Below, one piece after another: positions 51,835 through 62,819 of a DNA stretch of 64,000 bases; the stretch's first letter is position 1, and each line of letters opens with the position of its first letter. The notes beneath the pieces are model-generated. The model did no database searches and had not been told where the DNA came from. It was given only the letters and a program-made list of their open reading frames with translations. The stretch lies in the NCBI GenBank assembly GCA_951406725.2, contig OX597817.1:106454001-106518000 (forward strand), in the 5' to 3' direction. Position numbers and translations under genes: made by a program. This stretch comes from Octopus vulgaris (taxonomy: Eukaryota).

Positions 51835-51953
51835 ACAGTTGCGCGGAAGTAACTTATTGGTCAGTGTGTGCTTTTCGTTAATACTAAGATGTGGGCGGAA
51901 CTACGTTAACTGAAGCTGGTGCTGCAAGTGAATGGGTCGGCCGTGCTGAGACA
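51835..51953 (+). promoter_or_regulatory. Candidate internal promoter and 5' leader of the atypical exon, with two uORFs
   Basis: ETS-like CGGAAGT (51844-51850), reverse CCAAT (ATTGG 51856-51860) and Inr-like TCAGT (51861-51865). uORFs at 51889-51909 (MWAELR*) and 51932-51949 (MGRPC*). Confidence 0.5.
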
Positions 51954-52523
51954 ATGGGGGAGAAATGTCCAGCGGAACCGGACTTGTGCGATGTCGAGGG
52001 AGTTGACCTCTCGCAGGAATCCCTCGGCACGTTGGAATCTGACCAAGGCGTTGTAGGGTCACAAGACAGCTACACTTCTATACTTCCGGAAGACGGTGCT
52101 AAACTTAAGAAAAAGAAGAAAGATGGCAAAAAGACTAAGAAGAAGAAAAGTTCCAAGTCCAAATCTAAAGACGGAGATTCGAAAGACAGTGATGGCAAAG
52201 AACATAAAACAAAAAAGTCGTCGAGTAGTCGACGCCCTGAACCTGAGGGGGGTAATACAACCTCAAATGTCAACATGGACGAATATGACAAAGTTATTTA
52301 CAATAATGACCCCTTATTTTCTGACCTTGAGCTTTCCGACAAAGAAGGTGACTCCGAGTTACAGGTGCCGTCCAGGCAAAGACGCCAAACTCGTTTGATG
52401 GGTGTTGGTAGCAGTGGAATATTCATTCCCTGTACCCAGTTCGGCTTAAATTCGAACACCATGATCAAATTTGCAATCATAAGCACTGAACTGCAAAATG
52501 TCCTTCAAGTGTCGCTGAAAAGG
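51954..52523 (+). CDS. Alternative first coding exon of tropomyosin (190 aa low-complexity head, atypical Tm1-I/C-like)
   Basis: Long, stop-free ORF of unique sequence inside tropomyosin intron 2. ACA-ATG-G start; ends NTMIKFAIISTELQNVLQVSLKR at AGG|GTATGG in phase 0, the phase needed to join tropomyosin exon 3. Confidence 0.82.
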
Positions 52524-52594
52524 GTATGGATGAGATGTCTCTTAATATTAAGCTAGCTCCTGACTAATTCTGCATGGCTGATTCACCCATTCTT

Positions 52595-52649
52595 ACTACT
52601 ACTACTACTTGTATTGTTACTACTACCATCTTTATTGCTGCTGCTACTA

Positions 52650-52685
<36 letters not shown>

Positions 52686-52805
52686 TTTATTATTACTGCT
52701 GTTGTTATTACTACTACTATTGCCGCTGCTACTACTGTTCTCCCTCCCTCATCCTTATCAGTGCGTATATTAATGAATACTACTATTACTACTACTACTA
52801 CTATC
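52595..52805. repeat. (CTA)n/(TTA)n/(CTG)n trinucleotide tract
   Basis: Direct reading; starts about 70 nt after the atypical exon donor. Confidence 0.9.
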
Positions 52806-55629
52806 GTCATCCGCTGTCTTTTTTTTTTTTTTTTTTATTCAACTGTTGCTGGATATGCATGTCTGCTGTTGCTGCTGATGTTGATGACGATGAGTCTTGA
52901 CGACTTCTCTCTTTCACAAACTGACACTTTTCCTTGCTGGGTTTTAGTTCAGGAAAAAAAGATTTTAGAAACTGATGTCTGTCACTTGCCCTTTTCTTAC
53001 TTAGTTCTTATTTTCTATGATTTTTATGCTTTAGAAAAATAAAGTACACACACATATATATCATGTACAGGACTGTTGAGAGTATAATTCTAAATGAGCG
53101 CTTATTTATTCTCAAGAAGTTTTAACTAACTTTTATTCAAAGTAATCTTAGGCATATTGCTATAACAATTTGATACAAGACTATTTTACTCACGCATAAA
53201 ATATTTTAATGTTACTTAACGGAAAAGTTATTCATAACGATGTGCTGAATAATTAATCATTTAGAGTTTTAAAAATGTTAGGATATGAAAAATAAGATAA
53301 TTTAAATACTTTTCAAACACTTCTCAATACATATGTAGATTAAATATCGTTGTCCCAGATCGATATAGTTTTAACTTACAAGCAACGGTTGCTTGTCGAT
53401 TTGAGGGTTTCAATTCTTTAATAATTTAACAGTGATGTAGTGTGTCAGTTAGTGCAACAACATGAAACTTCACACTTGCACAAGAATTTTAAATTAGATG
53501 TGTCGTCAAACTTATAGAGTATTGGCATGAGCAACGAATGCAAAAAAACCACTTCGCAAAGTTATGTAGAGTTAAGCGTGTGTACGTGTCTTGACGCTAG
53601 GGAGTCTAAGCAGGCAACAACTCGTATCAGCGATAACTATAAACTGGCATCTCTCCCTCTCTTTTTATTTCTCTCTCTCTCTTCCTTTACGTGGGTGTGT
53701 CTGTCAGTTGCAGTAGACATAAGCTGTTGCTGCTACGTATTACAGCTTCAACCTCCTCCTCCCCTTTTCACCTGCCGGGACGGAGGTAGGGGTAACAGAA
53801 TCTTCCTTAAGCCATTTTCTGCTACTGCCTGAGATTCGTGTTTCCCAAAATAGTGGCCAGGATCAGGTTACTTACACGGGATAGATCTTTCAGTGTGTCT
53901 CTTTACTATCTACTTGATATTGCCAATTTAAGTATGTATCTGGTAGCTAACTTAGGTTTTCTTGAGTAGGAGTTAGTTCTTGAGAGAACACTATTACTTA
54001 TAACTAGCTAGATGAGGCTTGTTATTTCTTAGAATAGCTGCTCTTGCTAATGTACTTGGCTACTAAGAATATATGTTGCCTGTTAGCATCTTAACTTCTT
54101 CAACAAGCAGGCTTTGAACAACTTTTCCATTAACATGATTTAACACTTCAACACACTCAAACAATATTTTTAAATAACATAGAATTCTTAGGATATAGCT
54201 TTTTTTTTTTACACAGTTCTGGGTGTGTCCAACATACATTTTCTGAATGCTTTTACTGATTAAAAATTGTTGAATAAATATTCTATAAATGTTTATAATT
54301 TTAAATATTAAGGAGTTTATGGAGTGTGGGAGAGGGTATAATAACAGGTAACTTTTACAGACTTGGTGTTTGGATCTAATATTTCATCATCTCTGCTTGT
54401 GGATTGCTGCATTTATCCTGTATTAACTTACTAACAACTACCATTTTTCAAAGTAACCGTTTGTTTCATTTTCAGCAATAATATTCCTCACTAAAAATTC
54501 TTTAATAAAACTTTGCGAACTTTTGTTTTATAGACAAAAAAATTGTTCTTAAATGGTTACATATAAGTCAATCTTAGAGTGATTCCATTAGTACAACAGA
54601 GCCTATGCTTATTATTATTATTCCAGTAAAAGCACCAACCTAGCAAAATCTTTAATGCACTGACAAAAATGCATAGTGGTATTTCTTTCGGATTTTTACA
54701 TTCTGAGTTCAAATTCCACTGAGGTCAACTTTTCCTTTCTCCTTGGGGTGGGGGGGTGCAATCAAATAAGTATCAGAGGAGTAGGGTTGATTAATGTGAT
54801 CAACTAACTTCCTCCTCCAAAATTTCAGGCCTTGTGCCTATATTAGACATTACTTATTAGTTCCTGTAACTTTAGCATCATTTCTGGATAGAATGTTAGA
54901 ATATCACCAGTAACATTCTCATAGAGACCTGGTACTGATTTTCTTGGTAGATAATCAGATGAGGATATTTCTTACCCACAGATATAACACTATGCCTTGA
55001 ATGGGATGTGAACACACAACCAGCAGCTTAATTTCTCCAGTATATTTCTTGGAATGGTTACATTTTCTTGTTGAACTTATTTAATCTTAAGAATGTTTAT
55101 AGTACTGTATGACTTTACCATAATAGTTGTAATCAAAGTTTTTTTTAATCATTTATAAATGCTATAAAAATTAAATAACCAAAAATATTCTGTTTAAATT
55201 ATAACCCATCATTAAAAAGTACTTTTAGTATTTTATTTTTATCTAAAACCTTGAAATTGTTAAAAATCAATAAGTACTTGGGATAATTGCTTGTTTAAAT
55301 ATTTTAACCCTTTTTTTCCACAATTTGAAACAATTTAATGTAGTAAAATGAATTGCGTATGATTGTTGAAAAGGATAGTTGAACTATAGGTGTATCCATC
55401 TTTTCATTCTAGACAAAATATATTGGAAAATTTATAAGTAGATAATAATCTCCCCCACCACCACCACCAAATAATTTAAGATTAACATTGAGTCTATTCA
55501 AAAACACGGATACAGATAAATCTTCAGTAATAAAATTCTCCAAAATGGCATAGTTAATCTGTTGTGTAGTTAATCTAATCTAAAAGTAAATTATCTATAT
55601 TTCTATATACTTAACTTGGAGAGATATAA

Positions 55630-55948
55630 ATAGTTAGAAATCAAGCATGCTTATGTGGGTTAAGAAACTCACTTTGCAGCTACATGATTTCAGAGTCAGT
55701 CCACAGCACAGCACCTTGGGAAAGTGTCTTCTAATATAGCCCCAGGCTGACTAATGCCTAGTGAGTAGATTTGGTCATGGGGAATTGTGAGGTAGCCTAT
55801 CATATATATATAGACACAGGTGTGGCTGTGTGGTAAGAAGTTAGCTTCCCAACCACACTGTTCTGAGTTCAGTCCCACTATGTGGCATCTTGGGCAAGTG
55901 TTTTCTATTATAGCCCTAGGTCAACCTTGTGAGTAGTATATATATATG

Positions 55949-56023
<75 letters not shown>

Positions 56024-56555
56024 ATATGTGTGTGTGTGTATATATGTGTGTGTGTGTATATATGTGTGTGTGTGTGTATATATATATATGTGTTTGTGTG
56101 TGTATATATATGTGTGTGTTTGTGTGTGTGTATATATATATGTGTGTTTGTGTGTGTGTATATATATATATGTGTGTGTGTCTGTGTTCCACCCACTGCT
56201 TGACAACAAGTGTTGGTGTTTACATCTCCATAACTTAGTGGTTCAACAAAAAAAAAAGTACTAGGGTCAATTCATTTGACTAAAATTCTTCAAGGCAGTA
56301 CCCCCAGCATAGCCTCTGTCTAATAACTAAAACAAGTAAAATGATAAAGATCTGTGTGTGTCCCCTGCTTGACAACTGGTGTTAGTGTGTTTATTTATGT
56401 CCCCCATAACTCAAAAGTTCAGCAAAAGAGACTTATAGAATAAGTACACACTTAAAAACAAGTACTGTGGTCGATTTGTTCAATTCAACAATCAAGATGG
56501 TAGATGGTGTCCCAGCATAGCCATAATTCAATGACTGAAACAAATAAAAAATAAG
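55630..56555 (+). mobile_element. Tandem SINE family A copies with expanded internal TA/TG microsatellite
   Basis: Two heads (about 55640 and 55815), a 250-bp microsatellite at 55935-56180 and two tails (to about 56350 and 56555); CpGs decayed. Confidence 0.75.
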
Positions 56556-56979
56556 AGATTATATATTTTGTGAAGATATAATCATGATAATAGAAGCAGT
56601 TATAGTGTTCATTTTCTAAAAAACAAAAAGAATAGAAGCAACAATAACTGTTTGTTCAGTAAAATATTGAGAACAGATCAGATAACAAAGCTGTGAGTTA
56701 TTGAAGTTTTAAAAAAAAAAGCATGGTATGAAAGATAAAGAAAGCTGAAAGGAAGGAATATAAATGTTAAAACAAAACAAACTACTTCCTAACCAAACAA
56801 AAGATTACATACTAATCAATATAATAAGAGAAAGTAAAACAGAATTTATTTATGGTTTTTGAGTGACAGGTGTGAACAATTAAGTTTATATTATTGATGA
56901 GCTAAAATTGGTACTGTTGAATAGAATAATGATTTAAACAGACTAATAATAATAATAATGTTGATTTATTATTATTATT

Positions 56980-57168
56980 GTTTTACTTCTCAGCTCTGAT
57001 TCTGTGGCAGGGGACAGCAACCTGCTGTCAGAGGTCTTACAGGGTCTCTTTCTGCACATTATAAGCTTTGATAATTAGATGTTAATTATTATGGAAGACA
57101 TTCAACACCCAAGTACCAATCTCAAAATCCTAGCTGTCCCCAGCAGGACAGTTTTTTGGGGCCTGCTC
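56980..57168 (-). mobile_element. 3' end of an R4/Dong-like (RLE-type) retrotransposon in a TAA microsatellite
   Basis: Minus strand encodes QKTVLLGTARILRLVLGC*, then a short 3' UTR running into (AAT)n; TTA repeats on both flanks. Confidence 0.7.
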
Positions 57169-57229
57169 ATTATTATTATTTGTTTCATAATACTATTAGG
57201 TACACATCTACAAGTTTGAATTTTTTTCT

Positions 57230-58450
57230 TCCTTAGCTCCAGAGATATAGTCCATTGAATTGACCCTAATACTTGCTTGACTGGTGCCTATTTTATCAGT
57301 CTGAGATAGATGTAAGACAAAGTTGATCCTAAAAGGATTTGAACTCAGCATAAATGGATTTAACTAAATACCTCAACCACTGGTATTCTATTGAATATGC
57401 CACCCACCACCCTAAGGATTATTTCTAATTTAGGCACAAGGCCAGCAGTTTTGACAAGGTGGGAGTTAGTTGATTAAAACAAACCCAGTACTTGACTGAT
57501 ACTTTATTATACTAAACCTGAAAGGATGAAAGACAAAACTGACCTCAATAGAACTTGAACTTGTGATATAAAGACGTAACTAAATAACCCGAAGCATTTT
57601 GACTGTGACTTACCATTTCTGCCACCTAGTCTTTTTGTGTTGGTTTTTAACCATTCCACATATGTACAGTATATTGCTTAATCTACAGCCACCAATTTTT
57701 CTGGTTTGTTGGACTGTTTTTGCAGCAAAGTAGATAAGAAAAGGTTGCTAGAACGTAACTCCTCTTCCTCCTTTTACAGTTCTTGGAGGAAGAGATTACT
57801 GTCAGTAATTGCCCCCCCCCCCCCTGTTTCTTTTTCTTGGTGCAGTGTAGCTGATTCTGAGAGGATGAAAGAGAAAAAGAAAAATCAACCATCCTAAGTA
57901 CTTTACTGGTACTTCATCTATCAATCACAGGAGAATGAAAGGCAAAGTTGACTTTTATAGGATCTGAACTCAAAATGCAAAAGAGCCAGAACAATTACTG
58001 CAAGGCGTCTGTCTGACTGTACTCTAATTTTTCTGTCAATCAACCACTTTGCCATTCTGCCCTCCAAACCTAGTAATCCATTCTTACTTGAAGGGTGGGA
58101 TCAACTAGTACGTATTTTATCAACACTAAAAGGATGAAAAACAAAGTCAACCTTGGTAGCTTTTGAACTCAGAATGTAACATTGGAAGAAATACCATTAA
58201 ATTTTTGTTTGGAACAGTAATGATTTCAATACAAACCTAATAATGATTTCTTACTTTGGTACAAGGACACAGATATTTGGGATCAAAGACTAGCCTATTT
58301 AATCAAATGCTGTTCTTGATTGCTTCTTATTTTGTCACCCTGAAAGGGGCCATGCCAACCATTACAAGATTTGAACTCACTATGTAAAGGGGTGTAACTA
58401 AATATATGCTGCAAGGTATTTTATTTGGCACCCCACTGATTCTGCTATCC
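57230..58450 (-). mobile_element. Cluster of 4-5 decayed SINE family B copies
   Basis: Repeated AAAGGATGAAAGRCAAAGT ... TTTGAACTC motifs, all on the minus strand and CpG-depleted. A + strand copy lies at about 54630-54845. Confidence 0.7.
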
Positions 58451-60927
58451 ATCCTCTAACCTTTTGTGATAGCAAGTCAGAAATTAAAAGGTTATAGGCC
58501 TCAGTGGTAGAGAGCTGTTGTTATTCCTTAGTCCCAGGTCAAAGCTATGACAATCCTGTCTTTTTATTCACACCTCATAGTAATCAATGTTTTTTGTTTA
58601 GCAATAGTAGGGTGTGTTTTATTGGAGATTTAACTACTAATTTTAAGTGGAGTGACCATGTAGAGGCTCTATTGGAAGAGAGCAGTTAGCACTTTGCTTA
58701 AAAATGGGAGAAACTTAAAACTGAAAAGAAGAAAAAAAATCATTCTAACACAGAGTAGATAATAAATAAGATGTAAAGATAACTAAAGACACCACTTGCT
58801 GGAGAATGTTTGTCAGTGGAATCTGAAATGTCAAGAAGCAGTAAAGACTACAAAAATGAAGTCAACAAATAAAAGAAACAAAGTTAAGGAATGTAAAGAA
58901 TGATTTGAAAGAGTTAGATGACTAAATACTTAAATATTTTATAAATAGTCCTGAAAGCTGTCTCTCTCTCTCTCTCTCCTTTTTTTTAACTGCTCTGTTG
59001 TGTTACACAATGTATCCCTCCATGTCTACCATGGTCTCTGCTTTCTCTGGAATGTTTGTGAGCATAATAGATAAGAAGTGGCTGTTAGCACCTAGCTCAA
59101 TCTTCCAACAGTTTTTAAAGCAAAGGGACACTAAGTAGTCCCTATGATCTTTTCATAGCATTGCCAATTCTGATAGTGACAGATGAATCAACGCCCAGTA
59201 CTTAACTTCACTGATACTCTATTGATTACAGAAATGTGAAAGGCGAAGTTGTCCTTGACAAGATTTGAAGCTGAGAATCTTTAATAAACCAAAATATTTT
59301 AAACAAGGCAGTTACCCATCTCTGGGGGGTTTATTAGGGTTTTATTACATTGTCCTAGAGCATGGTTAGAATATAAATTAAATGGATCTTATATATAGTT
59401 AGATTCAACAAATTTCAAGTTTTCTGTCTAAACATATTTTCCTGCTGCTTCTTATTTGAAGATTTCATTAACAATGTGTTTATCTTATCTATTTCCTGAT
59501 AGAATAGAATAAAATAAGGGATTGCCAGATGTTATAAGTAGATCATTTTGAAAAATTAAGATATTTGCAAATGATATGAAGCAAAAGTTGTTATTTATTA
59601 TATTTTATGAACAGCGAAGTCTAAAAGATTTGCTTGTTACACTTTAAATGTAATATTCCTATTATTGTACTGAAAAATTAGTTATTTCTAGATTGTAATT
59701 TAGACATAAAGTATAGGGAAGTTAATTGAAATATGATCTATATATAACAACATGTATGTAATATCTTTCTTTAAACATAGTTTCTCTTTCTTTCTTCTAC
59801 TCCTACCTATTTTTATTCTATTTATTTATTAATACATATACCTATTAACATTCAAGTAGTTTTAATCACAAAATATTTTGAAGCATAACTCCAAGACCAT
59901 ATTGCAGCCTAATTCATTCCATACCTGACTATCTGTAAAAAAAAAAAAAGTCCCATTTAGTGATTATTCCCTTTAACCAATCTAATATACTGATCAGGAA
60001 GCTTTACACTTGACCTGCTTGAAATAGCAATCAAGTCTTCTCAAACTATATCCCACTGTCAAAAACAGAAAGGCAATCAAATTGAATAATGTAGTCTGAT
60101 AAATTGTTAGGAAATACAGATGGTCATTGCTAGAATGCCTTTTGGTCATGGGTCAACTCAATAAGGTATGGCTTAGAGCTAAACAATAACAACAGCCACA
60201 AGATATACTGTATACCACACTTAGAAAAATCATTGTAAATAGAATTCAACTAGTGACCATTGTATATTACTTCTAATTGGCCTAAAAACACAAGGAGTTT
60301 CTGTGAAAGCTAGATTGTCATGGTTTTGATGAAAAAGAAAAATATAATAATCACCAACTAAAGAGAAATCTAAAAACCATTAGCTTCAAATTCAGAATTC
60401 ACTTGACAACTATTGCCTATTTAGTTCAAGTAAGACAAATATTTCAATACATTGTATCATGATTCCATTAAGATTTTCTACAATGTTTGTTCTACTAATG
60501 TTGTAATGCTTTCAGCACCAAGAACCTCTTCCTATGTATCTATCAAGTAAAACCAACAGAATGAATTATATACAAACAAACTTCAGAAAGCAACTTTTCT
60601 TTTCAATGATTGAGAGAAATATGTATCTGACATCATCATCATCAACAAAATATTTCATAAATTTTCAAGGTTTTCACATGTAGACCATGGATACTTTAAC
60701 TACTTTTCATCATTTCTATTGTACTGATAAAACTGAGTCTGATTTTGTCTTTTTTATGTTGTTCAGCAGATTGATTTTTTTTATGCATTAATTAGAGAAT
60801 TTTGGTTGAATTGATCAAATTGTATACTTCATGGACAAAAAGACTGAAAATGTAAAAAAGAAATGAAATACTTTCAGTTACTGTTTCCTAAAACTTGGAA
60901 CACAACACATATATGCGTGTGTGTGTG

Positions 60928-60964
<37 letters not shown>

Positions 60965-62819
60965 CTTATTTTGGAACTTACCATAAATGACTTGCACAGG
61001 TGGTGATATTACTCTGTGATTGAAAATTGTATGAGATTAAATTGTCCAGTCAGTGGAAATATGCTTATACAACTGATTTCAAAGGATTAAAATATCATGC
61101 AGATAATAAAATAGGGTGACTGATTATGTAGGATGTCAGTCAAACAGCTGAAGAGGCAATAGTTCATACATATTTTGTCACCAATGCTACACTACCAACA
61201 CAAAAATATGAATAGTTTATCCCACCAACTTATGTAGCTAAAAATAGCTACTATAGAAAGGTATAAGTTATTCAACAATACTAGAACTGACTGCCAACCA
61301 GAGTACTATAATCCTGTACATTTAATGATTCTTTCATCACTATTTCAGCGAGTACTCTAAAGTCTGTGCTTTACTGATGCAGTCATATTAAGACCAAAAC
61401 AAGTTTTTTCAATAATTGGAAAATAATAATTAAAATAATTTTAACTATTGAGTAATATTTTTTCTTCACTGCATAATTATTTCTCACAAGTGAATGCCTC
61501 ACAAGTGAATGAGACAGCCAAGTTCCAATCAGTTCATACCCTTCTAATTTATAAATGAAGCAGGGCACATTGGATAATGTGTTCTGGATAAACTGTGTCA
61601 AATAAAACCAAAAAAAAAGTAAAGGATGGCCAAGGCTGGAATATCTTTGATGATAAGACAGCTTATTCAGAACTGACATATGGCCAAACAAGAACAGAAT
61701 GTTTCTCAAGCCAGTGAGAGAGATTCTACATGATCCATCTGCTGGAAATAGGAGTCAAATTTTCCACAGATTACACTCTGCTATCTTAAAAATAGAAAAG
61801 ACACATTAGAGAATGTGGTTTAAGACACCATACTTGATAGCATAAAAGACACATGGACATATTAGATGCAATCCAATTCAGGAAAAGAAGTTTTTACTGC
61901 ATTAAAACCCAACTTTGCATATATGATGTAGAGTGAATTTTTGAGATTTTTTGAGAGAAAGATAGGTGTTTTATATACCATGATACATGATACATTATGA
62001 TGATAAAAAGATCATGATTGGATGGTGCTAAACAGGATACTTCTGAGGAGCAACAATCTGAACAGATCTATAGCGGAATATCTTGCTCAACTTTTAAGTT
62101 CAGCCAATAGTTTTTTTTCTCAGTACTTGAGACACTTTCTTACACTATAAATACTGCCTATCCTCAATTGTTATATGTAATGACTGTAGGAAAAATAACA
62201 TCCATCACAAGTAATATTGATTGATTTCTTATATTTGGAAAAACAATTAAAAAAGCTTTTAAATTTTTAAAGAAAATATGTGAATTTCTAGTATTCATAT
62301 CATTCTCCAAGAGAATTTGTAATTAGATGAAATGGTTTACAACATGAAAGAAAAACTTTCAGACTTCAATTTTACTAAGAGATTGGACAGTATTGTTTCA
62401 AACCCCAGGATTCATAGTGCTAGTTACCTGGTTTCTATGGTATATAAGTGACAGATCACAACATTCTTCCTGTACAGGACACCAGCCCACAGAGTTACTC
62501 ATTTACAAATGATAGGACTGGAGTGACATGAAATTAAGTGTTTTTTTTTCTCAAGAATACAACACACTGCCCAGTCCAGATATCAAAACCACAATCTTGC
62601 AATCGTGAGTGCAACATCCTAACCATTAGGCCATATGCCTGATTTCTGTTGCTGGACTGCATTTATGCTAGAACACTGCAACTCCAAGAGTGTTAGCTAA
62701 TTATATCAACTGTGACTTAACTTTTCTAACCTTATAACTGAGAATATCAAAATTGATTTCGACAAACAGAAATATAACCAAGTTCAACTTATTGATTCTG
62801 CAGTCCTCATGCGTGTGTA

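Noticed and set aside
51871-51890. Possible splice acceptor (TACTAAG|AT) making the atypical exon an internal cassette after exon 2
   Set aside because: It would enter in phase 1 while exon 2 ends in phase 0, so the long frame would not be read; the pyrimidine tract is also weak.
51891-52556. ORF-track version of the atypical exon (GTG start, 221 aa, ending VWMRCLLILS*)
   Set aside because: GTG starts reflect a bacterial ORF caller. The first in-frame ATG is 51954, and the likely exon ends at the donor after 52523.
58800-58900. GTGGAATCTGAAATG as a possible tropomyosin exon 3
   Set aside because: Translation VESEMSRSSKDYK does not continue as LNRRIQLLEEDLER and soon hits a stop; exon 3 must lie beyond the window.
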